Positions 36,255 to 44,053 of a stretch of 64,000 nt of DNA are shown here, in pieces. Numbering within the stretch: position 1 is the first letter of the stretch; each line of letters opens with the position of its first letter. Under the pieces are notes generated by a model. That model was not told where the DNA came from. It worked only from the letters and a program-made list of their open reading frames with translations, and did not search any database. Origin of the DNA: Pyrinomonadaceae bacterium (GTDB lineage Bacteria; Acidobacteriota; Blastocatellia; Pyrinomonadales; Pyrinomonadaceae); the NCBI GenBank assembly GCA_036506395.1, contig DASXRU010000073.1:2960-66959 (forward strand), in the 5' to 3' direction. The position numbers and the translations under genes are program-made.

Positions 36255-38600
36255 TCAGAACTCGATTACCACGCCGACCGAAGGCAAAATTGGCAAGACG
36301 CGATCAAGTTGGCCGAAGACTCGGCCATCGAAACCAAAGTCGAAGAAGCCGGCGTAGCGCAGGTTGTTGCGGTTCAGTGCGTTAATCACTTCGCCCGTTA
36401 ACGTTAACTTCCACTTCTTAAACAGGAACGCCTTACTCAGACGTACATCAACGCGGCTGTAATATGGCAGTCGCGCCAGGTTGCGTTCGTTCGCCAGGAA
36501 GTATCCCGTTCCAACCTGGCGGAAGAAACCGGGAATAGGTTGGCCACTGCCATAGCGCCATTCACCGCTGAGGTTCCATGTCTCGTTGAAGCGATAGCCG
36601 CCGTAGGCATTTATCGTGTGGCGCTGATCCGTATCGCTGACAAAGGTCAGACCGTCGTGAGCGTCCGTTAGTTTAGTGCGCGAGTAAGCGTAAGAGAGCC
36701 AGCCGGTGAGCTTGTTGGCGCTGCGTCTCTGCAGCGTCAACTCGATGCCGCGCGCGTGGCCGCGCAACGCATTGCGAAATGGAAACTCTGAAAAGTCAAG
36801 AAAGCTTCCCGTGAGCCGGGGCTCGGAGAGACTGAAGAACAGATTCTCGTCTTCTCGATCATAGACCTCCGCGACCAGCCGTACTCGATCGCCGAAGAGC
36901 CGTTCGACACTGGCGTTGTAATGAGTGGCGCGCTCTGATCGCAGCGCGGTGTTGCCCAGGCGGCCAAACATCTGCTCGAAGTCCGGGAATTGATAGTAAC
37001 GTCCGGCTGCCGCGCGAACTCTCAGGTTTTTGTCCACTGCCCAGCTAAAAGATGCACGCGGTGAAAAGCGCGTTTCGCCCGTCACGCCACTGTGTTCGAC
37101 GCGCCCTCCTCCGGTTAAGCTCAAGCCCAAGTGCTCGCTGCTCCATGTGTCCTGTGCGTAGTAGCCTTGCTCTGTTCCGCTGCGATTGAAACTGCCGAAG
37201 TCGCCCAGGCCGGTAAAAAAGAAGAACCGCTGAGTGATGCTGTCCACATTCAATGAACGAACGTAAAGGCCGGCCTCGATGCGATGCGAGCGATGCGTCA
37301 GGTAGTTAACGTCGCTGCGCACACCGTATTGCGTTCGATGGCCATCCTCGAGGATCGCATCGTCGCGGTTCGTGTTCTTGAAATTGGTTCGCAGGGCAAA
37401 CACGCGCGTCTGCCAGAACAGATGCGGATCAGGCGTGTAGGCCCAATGACCATTAACCAGCAGGTTGCGCGAGTTGCCACGAAAGACGTTGTTGATTCCC
37501 AGCAGATCGCGATCGCGATTGCGGTCGTAATTGAATGCTCCATAGATAACGGAGAAACCAATCTGGCTGTGCGACGTCAGATCGTAGAGCGCCTTTCCCT
37601 GAAAATCGGCGAAGCCAAGCACTGGCGGATTATTGGTAAAGTGATTCTCGTTATTAATCCGCCTGATCAAATACCCCACATAGCTTTTCCGGGCGGCAAA
37701 CAGGTAAGAACCCTTGCCCTGAGCAAATGGTCCATCAATGACTCCAGAGAGGCCGCTTAGGCTCGCGGCGATACGACCTGCCGGCTTTACGCGGTTCCCG
37801 TCCCTGGTCTCCGCGGCAAGTATGGCGGCGGAGCGATAGCCGTATTTGGCCGGAAACGCCCCGCTCATTAGCGAGACGGAATTAACCGTGTCGGCATTGA
37901 TTACTGAAAGTGAGCCGGTGTCCGGATAACCGCCCTGCACCGTATGAACGAAGTTGTCCGTCAGAACTCCATCGATAAAAAGCCCGACGCGATCGAAACC
38001 GGCGCCGCGAATGGCAAACTCGCTGCGAAAGTCATCGTTGGTGCTCGCGCCCGGCAGGGCCTGGGCTGCCCGCACCGGATCACCCAGCAGCACACTGGAA
38101 AGCGCTTGCAGCTCGCGCTTGTTGAGCATTTGCTCCGAGGCGGCATTAGTTTCCGTAGTCTCATACGGATCCGCGAGTACGTTGACATGCTCGGTCAACA
38201 TCGCCGCGTCTGCGTTCAGCGCAATCACAACTTCGGCGTTGTCGCCGTCTTTCAGAGTGATGGTCTTCTTTACCAGCCCGGAATTCACTGTCGTGATGTA
38301 AAGCTCGACCTGGCCCACAGGAAGCTTCTCCAATGTGAAGGCGCCGTTCTCATCCGTGGTTGCGCTCTGATCAGTGCCACTGGCAATGACCTTCACCTTC
38401 GCAACTGGCTCGCCAGTGCGCGCGTCAACTACCCGGCCGTGCAAAGTCATGAGACGTTCTTGCGGTGATGGCGGATTTTGAAGGCTAATAACCGGTAATT
38501 TGCAGAGCGCGGCCGGCAAATTGAAGCGCGTCTTCGCCTGTAATGTTGGGATAGTGAGTGAACCTAGAGTGAGGAAGGGAATCACAAATAATTTCTTCAT
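36255..38600 (-). CDS. TonB-dependent receptor with N-terminal carboxypeptidase-regulatory-like domain
   Basis: The ATG at 38600 gives the signal peptide MKKLFVIPFLTLGS. CarboxypepD_reg-like segment GRVVDARTGEPVAKVKVIASGTDQSATTDENGAFTL. Plug and 22-strand-type barrel that ends in VVIEF. Confidence 0.8.
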   Translation of the reverse strand: MKKLFVIPFLTLGSLTIPTLQAKTRFNLPAALCKLPVISLQNPPSPQERLMTLHGRVVDARTGEPVAKVKVIASGTDQSATTDENGAFTLEKLPVGQVELYITTVNSGLVKKTITLKDGDNAEVVIALNADAAMLTEHVNVLADPYETTETNAASEQMLNKRELQALSSVLLGDPVRAAQALPGASTNDDFRSEFAIRGAGFDRVGLFIDGVLTDNFVHTVQGGYPDTGSLSVINADTVNSVSLMSGAFPAKYGYRSAAILAAETRDGNRVKPAGRIAASLSGLSGVIDGPFAQGKGSYLFAARKSYVGYLIRRINNENHFTNNPPVLGFADFQGKALYDLTSHSQIGFSVIYGAFNYDRNRDRDLLGINNVFRGNSRNLLVNGHWAYTPDPHLFWQTRVFALRTNFKNTNRDDAILEDGHRTQYGVRSDVNYLTHRSHRIEAGLYVRSLNVDSITQRFFFFTGLGDFGSFNRSGTEQGYYAQDTWSSEHLGLSLTGGGRVEHSGVTGETRFSPRASFSWAVDKNLRVRAAAGRYYQFPDFEQMFGRLGNTALRSERATHYNASVERLFGDRVRLVAEVYDREDENLFFSLSEPRLTGSFLDFSEFPFRNALRGHARGIELTLQRRSANKLTGWLSYAYSRTKLTDAHDGLTFVSDTDQRHTINAYGGYRFNETWNLSGEWRYGSGQPIPGFFRQVGTGYFLANERNLARLPYYSRVDVRLSKAFLFKKWKLTLTGEVINALNRNNLRYAGFFDFGFDGRVFGQLDRVLPILPSVGVVIEF

Positions 38601-38669
38601 GCCTGCATTGTGCGCTTGATGTTCATCGATAGCGAGGCGGGGGCAGACCAATCAATGTGTCTGTTCCTT

Positions 38670-38700
38670 GATCCGCGCTTATCCGCGTTAATCTGCGGCC
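38670..38700. repeat. ATCCGCG-type phased repeat (three units at a ~10-bp period)
   Basis: gATCCGCGcttATCCGCGttaATCTGCGgcc, located in the divergent region between the TBDR and the NmrA-like gene. Related copies lie at 40111-40140 and 41371-41405. Confidence 0.6.
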
Positions 38701-38802
38701 GTTACTCGACACGCTCGCGTAAACCGTGATACAACGCGCCCCTACGAGCAAGTCCTAAGGCGCTGAGAACCATTACTTTAATCAACCAGAGGAGACCTGG
38801 TC

Positions 38803-39675
38803 ATGATCCTTGTAGTAGGCGCAACAGGATTATTGGGCAGTGAGATTTGTCGCTTACTCGCTGCCGCGGGCAAACCTATTCGGGCGCTGGTCCGACCCAC
38901 TTCAGACAAAGGCAAAGTCGCACGGCTCCAAAGTCTGGGCGCGGAAATTTCGCAAGGTGATCTGAAAAATCGCCACTCTCTGGAAGCAGCTTGTAAAGGA
39001 GTCAAAGCGGTTATCTCAACAGCATCTGCAACCCTTTCGCGGCAGGAAGGAGACTCGATCCAGACGGTAGATCTCGAGGGTCAGTTGAGCCTAATCGATG
39101 CGGCGAAAACCGCTGGCGCCAGTCAATTCATACTGATCTCGTTCTCGCCCAGCGCGATCGACTTTCCGCTGCAATCCGCCAAGCGTGCGGTGGAAGAGCA
39201 TCTGAAGCAGAGCGGACTCAACTATACGATCCTGCAACCGACCTGCTTCATGGAAGTGTGGCTGAGTCCGGCCCTGGGTTTTGACGCTGCTAATGCCAAA
39301 GCACAGATCTACGGCGCGGGGCAGAACAAAATTAGTTGGATCTCACTTAGAGATGTGGCGAAGTTTGCGGTGCAGTCACTGGACAAACCCGCGGCTCGTG
39401 ATTCCGTGATCGAGTTGGGCGGTCCCGAAAGCTTGAGTCCTTTGGAAGTGGTGAAGATCTTCGAGCAGGTGCAGGGACACGCATTCGAAATCCAACACGT
39501 TCCCGATGAAGCGCTGTTGGAACAAAAGAAGACCGCCACCGATCCTCTAGCGGAGTCGTTTGCCGGTCTGATGCTTTACTACTCTGCGGGGAGCGTTATT
39601 GATATGCGCGAGACGCTACAAAAATTCCCCGTGCAACTCACTTCGGTCAAAGACTACGCTCAAGCGAGTCTGTAG
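38803..39675 (+). CDS. NmrA-like / SDR-family NAD(P)-binding protein
   Basis: MILVVGATGLLGSEICRLL Rossmann motif, with NmrA-like length and pattern. Confidence 0.8.
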   Translation: MILVVGATGLLGSEICRLLAAAGKPIRALVRPTSDKGKVARLQSLGAEISQGDLKNRHSLEAACKGVKAVISTASATLSRQEGDSIQTVDLEGQLSLIDAAKTAGASQFILISFSPSAIDFPLQSAKRAVEEHLKQSGLNYTILQPTCFMEVWLSPALGFDAANAKAQIYGAGQNKISWISLRDVAKFAVQSLDKPAARDSVIELGGPESLSPLEVVKIFEQVQGHAFEIQHVPDEALLEQKKTATDPLAESFAGLMLYYSAGSVIDMRETLQKFPVQLTSVKDYAQASL

Positions 39676-39981
39676 GAAGCTCTGATCAAGTCATCCGGAC
39701 GTGCCTCTTCAAAGCCCGCGTAGCGGGTAGAAGCATAAAACCTGGGGTGGAGCGAAGCGGAACCCCAGGATCACGAGAGGGAAGAACACCGAGCGCGCGA
39801 AGCGTGCGACAGCCCAAAAGCTGCAATTTGCTCGTGATGAAATCGCTGTCGCCCACTTCGTGGGCTTTCTGCTCCATACCGCAACGCGCCCTGGGGTTTC
39901 GCTTCGCTCCACCCCAGGCTTTATGCTGTCGCCGCGCTTCGCGGGCTCAAGAGAATCTTTCATGAACTTGATCAGAGCTTC
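39676..39981. mobile_element. 306-bp MITE-like foldback element with perfect 15-bp terminal inverted repeats and a 6-bp target-site duplication
   Basis: The terminal repeat GAAGCTCTGATCAAG (39676-39690) is the exact reverse complement of CTTGATCAGAGCTTC (39967-39981). Both ends are flanked by the direct CTGTAG (39670-39675 and 39982-39987). The internal arms are about 110 bp each and are also inverted repeats. There is no ORF inside. Confidence 0.7.
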
Positions 39982-40008
39982 CTGTAGTCTGCCAGGACAG
40001 CTGTTCTT

Positions 40009-40072
40009 CAGGGTGGTGATCCCAGCAGTTTTTCTGATCCGTGTTTATCTGCGCTGATCTGTGGCTGATTTA
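40009..40072 (+). repeat. Direct repeat A, copy 1 (CAGGGTGGTGATCCCAG...GATCTGTGGCTGATTTA)
   Basis: About 85-90 percent identical by eye to 41435-41495. It contains decamer-phased ATC(C/T)G(T/C)G units. Confidence 0.7.
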
Positions 40073-40110
40073 CCCGCTCGCTATCGCGAGCGGTTCTGTA
40101 TGTTTTGTCT

Positions 40111-40140
40111 GATCCGCTCTTATCCGCGTTCATCCGCGGC
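40111..40140 (+). repeat. ATCCGCG-type phased repeat, copy upstream of the DAC-like gene
   Basis: GATCCGCTCTTATCCGCGTTCATCCGCGGC. An inverted, related copy lies at 41371-41405. Confidence 0.6.
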
Positions 40141-40171
40141 CAATTTACTCGAAATCGCGTTAAAATCCAGT

Positions 40172-41314
40172 ATGACCCGCGAACCAACCTACCAGGCAGC
40201 TCGCACTGTTGCCGCGACTGTCGAAGCACATTTTGCCCGACACCACGCTGAAGCACGCCGGCGAGGCGAGCGCGAGCTGGCCCATGCGCCCGATGCCGCC
40301 ACCATTGAAACGATCATCGACGCAGCTTTCTGGGCCAGCTTCCGGCCAGAGGAGGGCCGCTTTCCGAAAATCTCGCTTTCCTTTCTTCCACCCGAAGAGG
40401 CGGGCCAACCGTTGATGCTCGAGCATCGCTTGCCACTTACGCCGGCCACTCTGACAAAACTCGCTCCGGCAGTTGAGCGTCCGGGAATTCATCTCGGTGT
40501 CTGGCGAGAGGGGGACGAAGTCCAAATTTGGGGCGCCACGCGAACGGTGCCCAGCCTGGGATTTGTGCTGGAGGACGTCGAGCCTGGATTGCTGGTAATC
40601 AAACATCGCCGCATCGATGGCTTTGGGAAGTTTGCCAACGTCGCTGTCCTGAAGGGCGAGCAGGTGAAGATCGTGGATGAACAGGGCGCGAGTTTGCCGG
40701 ACTGCCCCGATCTGCTCAAGTCGCTAAGCCAATTCACCGCTCCGGCGACCTGGGACGATTCGGTAAATGTGCTGGTGCAACTAGCGGCCTCAATGCGCGC
40801 GCACGGCCACGGTGGCACGCTGCTAATCGTACCCGCGGGAGTCGAAAAGTGGCGCGAGTCAATCGTGCACCCGGTCACTTACTCAGTGGCGCCTCCCTTT
40901 TCGAAGCTCGCGGATTTGCTCAGAAAAGGTCCGAGCGCCGTGACTGAGGCCGAGTGGCAAGTGTCGGTGCGCAGCGCCTCTGAAGCGATTGCCGGTTTGA
41001 CCGCAGTGGATGGCGCGACGGTAATTACGAATCAATACGAGGTGCTGGCATTTGGCGCGAAGATCAGGCGCGCGACCGGCAACGAACCCGCTGAGCAGAT
41101 GATGCTGACTGAAGCCATCGTCGGCAATCAAGCGGAGGTAGTTCTTCCGGTGCAGCACGGCGGCACCCGGCACTTGTCCGCGGCCCAGTTCATATATGAC
41201 CAGCGTGATGCTCTGGCGCTGGTCGCTTCGCAGGACGGACGCTTCACAGTGTTTGCGTGGTCGCCCTGCGAACAGATGGTCCATGCCCATCGTGTAGATG
41301 TGTTGTTGCTGTAG
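40172..41314 (+). CDS. Divergent diadenylate-cyclase (DAC/DisA_N) fold protein with an uncharacterised N-terminal domain
   Basis: 380 aa from the ATG at 40172. Ordered C-terminal motifs are HGGTLLIV, AVDGATVI (DGA), GGTRHLSAAQ (RHR-like, second Arg replaced by Leu) and ALVASQDGRFTVF. The track ORF start at 40061 lies inside repeat sequence. Confidence 0.55.
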   Translation: MTREPTYQAARTVAATVEAHFARHHAEARRRGERELAHAPDAATIETIIDAAFWASFRPEEGRFPKISLSFLPPEEAGQPLMLEHRLPLTPATLTKLAPAVERPGIHLGVWREGDEVQIWGATRTVPSLGFVLEDVEPGLLVIKHRRIDGFGKFANVAVLKGEQVKIVDEQGASLPDCPDLLKSLSQFTAPATWDDSVNVLVQLAASMRAHGHGGTLLIVPAGVEKWRESIVHPVTYSVAPPFSKLADLLRKGPSAVTEAEWQVSVRSASEAIAGLTAVDGATVITNQYEVLAFGAKIRRATGNEPAEQMMLTEAIVGNQAEVVLPVQHGGTRHLSAAQFIYDQRDALALVASQDGRFTVFAWSPCEQMVHAHRVDVLLL

Positions 41315-41321
41315 CGTACGA

Positions 41322-41350
41322 GGCAGTAGCCCGACCGTTAGGGAGGGCTC
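41322..41350 (+). repeat. GGCAGTAGCCCGACCGTTAGGGAGGGCTC element
   Basis: Lies 7 nt after the DAC-like stop codon. Same family as the arms at 36160-36254. Confidence 0.55.
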
Positions 41351-41370
41351 CGAGAGCGGAGAAAGAATTA

Positions 41371-41405
41371 GCCGCAGATTAACGCGGATACACGCAGATA
41401 AGATC
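41371..41405 (-). repeat. ATCCGCG-type phased repeat, inverted copy
   Basis: The reverse complement is GATCTTATCTGCGTGTATCCGCGTTAATCTGCGGC. Confidence 0.6.
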
Positions 41406-41434
41406 ACTACCCAGTTAAGACTGGCAGTGTTCTC

Positions 41435-41495
41435 CAGGGTGGTGATCCCAGATTTTCTAATCTGTGTTTATCTGTGCTGATCTGTGGCTGATTTA
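41435..41495 (+). repeat. Direct repeat A, copy 2
   Basis: CAGGGTGGTGATCCCAGATTTTCTAATCTGTGTTTATCTGTGCTGATCTGTGGCTGATTTA. Confidence 0.7.
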
Positions 41496-41569
41496 ATCTT
41501 GGTTCCGTATTCGCAAGTAAGACTATCCACAGATTACCCAGATTACACAGATAAAGGCAGAAGGCAGTA

Positions 41570-41604
41570 GCAAAGAGCAAAGAGCAAAGAGCAAAGAGCA
41601 AAGA
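41570..41604. repeat. Tandem heptamer (GCAAAGA) x5
   Basis: Five perfect units, read directly, followed by GCAGTGA-type units. Confidence 0.85.
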
Positions 41605-41659
41605 GCAGTGAGTAGAGTCTCGGATTGCGAACTTAATTTGAAATATTCAAACTGACCAA

Positions 41660-42496
41660 GTGCCCACTGTGAATCGACATTCGACGGAGGCAAGATTCCG
41701 CGCTGCAGACCTCTTCGCCAAAACAAACCGGGGGCTGCTACTGGATATTTCGATCTTCCTCTTGAACGTTTTCCTGATGCGTTTGCTGACCGGGCTCTTT
41801 ATAGACCTTTTCCGTCAGGTTTCAGCCGAAAAACCTTTAGCCAAGCTGGCGCTCGGGCTTTCATGCTTAGCGATGTGGATTTTGCCTGCCGCGGGCGCTG
41901 TTTTGAAACGCTGGCATTTTCACCAGAGACTCAAAGCTCAGGGAAAAACGGTTGAGTCCGAAGAGACAAAACTGGCAGGATGCCTGTTCAATCCCCTCTT
42001 TTATTTCTGTTTGAACCTGGTGATTATGTCGGCAATTCTCACCGGCCTGCGCGATTTTCTTTTCGGAAAAGCTTTACTCAACAACGGCCCACTATTTATT
42101 TCGCTTACAATCGCGGGGCTGGTCTTCACGATCATTCAGACCTTCCTCATCTATCGCTATTTTTCGCCACCGAAGAACCCGCCCCAATCGAAGTTCCTGC
42201 GCAGCCCGCAAAGCGAAGCGCTCGGCGACATCTGTCTTTTTCTGAACATGATTCTGTTTCAGGTGGTCTGGAACCTGCTGACGTTTGCCCCGCTGGGCCG
42301 GCCCTCTAGCTTGTTGGAATTTTCCGGCAGACTTTTCTTTCTGAGTTTTGTCGCCTTGCTGATTTACTTTCCACCGCGAATGTTCTATCTAGCTGAAGAT
42401 ATCAACCGTAAGCGCACATGGCTGACGATGCTGCTGGCCAATTCGCCAGTGATCTTGCGCGTTCTTTTCGGGACGGGTTCAAGTTTTCAAATGTGA
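41660..42496 (+). CDS. Uncharacterised polytopic (about 6 TM) membrane protein
   Basis: 278-aa ORF (GTG start) with hydrophobic segments throughout. I recognise no motif. Confidence 0.5.
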   Translation: MPTVNRHSTEARFRAADLFAKTNRGLLLDISIFLLNVFLMRLLTGLFIDLFRQVSAEKPLAKLALGLSCLAMWILPAAGAVLKRWHFHQRLKAQGKTVESEETKLAGCLFNPLFYFCLNLVIMSAILTGLRDFLFGKALLNNGPLFISLTIAGLVFTIIQTFLIYRYFSPPKNPPQSKFLRSPQSEALGDICLFLNMILFQVVWNLLTFAPLGRPSSLLEFSGRLFFLSFVALLIYFPPRMFYLAEDINRKRTWLTMLLANSPVILRVLFGTGSSFQM

Positions 42497-42512
42497 TGCC
42501 AGGCGGAAGTTA

Positions 42513-42547
42513 GCAGTAGGCAGTAAACAGTAAACAGTGAGCAGTAA
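42513..42547. repeat. Tandem heptamer (GCAGTAG/GCAGTAA/ACAGTAA/ACAGTGA/GCAGTAA)
   Basis: Five degenerate 7-nt units immediately after the membrane-protein stop. Confidence 0.7.
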
Positions 42548-42738
42548 AACTGAGATAGGGAAATCCCGGATCCCGCGTTACAATGCGCGCGCATACAGTT
42601 GGCGACGATTCGTCAAACGCTCTAGTGTCGCCTGTTTTCCCGATCCTTCTAACCTTGCTATCCGTTGATACGCACTGTCTCCGTTAAGAGACCTTCTGGC
42701 CCAGCCCGCGTGCACGTTCGCGAACCTTTGAGATCATT

Positions 42739-43944
42739 ATGAAAACAGAAACATTTTTCCTGTTGCTTGCAACTTTGCTGATGTCGATCGTGGCGGCACG
42801 GCCCGCAGACGCCCAGACGCCGGCAACTCCGGCACAGACGACATCAGCCGACTCCAGCCCGGCCGCGGAGGCAAAGCGGCACGCAGATGAAGGACTGAAG
42901 TTTTATCAACAACGCCTTTACGCGCAGGCCGAGTCTGCGTTAAGGGAGGCCATCAGGCTCGACCCAAACAACGCCGAGTATCATCTCGACCTCGGCGTAG
43001 TCCTCCAGGACCTGCAGCGCTCTGAGGAGGCGGAAGTGGAAAAGAAAACCGCAGTCCGGCTGGCGCCGAAGGACGCCTTCTATCACCAGCAGCTCGGCGT
43101 CACACTTCACGAAGAGAAGAAATACGTCGAGGCTGAGGCTGAAAAGCGCGAGGCCGTCAAGCTTGAGCCGACCAGCGCTCGCTATCACAACAGCCTCGGG
43201 GCTACTCTCCATCAACAAAAGAAATATGCCGAGGCAGAGGCCGAGCGCCGCCAGGCCGTCAAGCTGGAACCCACCAACTCCTACTTCCAATACCAACTCG
43301 CCGTCAGCCTCAACGCCCAGGGCAAGTTAGAAGAGGACGAAGCCGTAAGCAAAGAGGCAGTCCGACTTGATCCCACCAACGCTGAGTATAGAAACAGCCT
43401 GGGCATCACCCTGCAGGCGCTGAAAAAGTACGCGGAGTCAGAGACGCATAAGCGCGAGGCGGTCAGGTTACAGCCGGACAGCGCTGAGTATCACAACAGC
43501 CTTGGCTCTTTGCTCCACGTGGAGGAGAAGTATGCTGAGGCCGAGACCGAGCGCCGACAGGCCGTCAAGCTCGCGCCCGACAACGCCTTCTATCATTACC
43601 AACTTGGCGTCACGCTCCACCAAGAACAGAAGTATGCTGAGGCCGAAGTCGAGAAGCGACAGGCTACCCGTCTCGATCCGAATAACGCGGAGTATCACGA
43701 CCAACTCGGGATTACGCTCTCAGTGCAAAAGAGGTACACGGAGGCGGTGGCTGAGAAACGAGAGGCGGTCAGGTTAGCTCCGAACAAAGCCGAATACCAT
43801 TACGGCCTTGGCAACACGCTTACCTGGCTGGATAGTTGGGCCGAGGCCGAAGCTGAGTATAGGAGAGCGGTGGCTCTTGACCCGACGAACGCCCAGTACC
43901 AACAGCAACTGCAAAAAGTCATTGACTCCCAGCGGAAACCTTAA
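42739..43944 (+). CDS. Secreted TPR-repeat protein (about 10 very regular 34-aa repeats)
   Basis: Signal peptide. The recurring unit is AEAE.(K/R)(R/K)(E/Q)AV(K/R)L(E/D/A)P.(N/S)A.YH..LG.TL...(K/Q)KY. Confidence 0.85.
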   Translation: MKTETFFLLLATLLMSIVAARPADAQTPATPAQTTSADSSPAAEAKRHADEGLKFYQQRLYAQAESALREAIRLDPNNAEYHLDLGVVLQDLQRSEEAEVEKKTAVRLAPKDAFYHQQLGVTLHEEKKYVEAEAEKREAVKLEPTSARYHNSLGATLHQQKKYAEAEAERRQAVKLEPTNSYFQYQLAVSLNAQGKLEEDEAVSKEAVRLDPTNAEYRNSLGITLQALKKYAESETHKREAVRLQPDSAEYHNSLGSLLHVEEKYAEAETERRQAVKLAPDNAFYHYQLGVTLHQEQKYAEAEVEKRQATRLDPNNAEYHDQLGITLSVQKRYTEAVAEKREAVRLAPNKAEYHYGLGNTLTWLDSWAEAEAEYRRAVALDPTNAQYQQQLQKVIDSQRKP

Positions 43945-44053
43945 AGTATCCACAGATTACACAGATTTCAAACCTCAAATCTCAGAACCCAAAAAGAAAC
44001 GGGATACAAGCGTTTGCTCACGCGTTTGACTCGTGAGTACTGCGCTTCTCACC

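Noticed and set aside
40883-41407. 174-aa minus-strand ORF, and the 148-aa ORF at 40160..40606.
   Set aside because: Both are antisense to the DAC-like gene. The N-terminal part of the first is a translation of intergenic repeat elements.
41570-41604. The heptamer arrays, decamer-phased arrays and hairpin clusters considered as possible CRISPR arrays.
   Set aside because: The units are 7-25 nt with no unique spacers of 25-40 nt, and no cas genes are present in the window.
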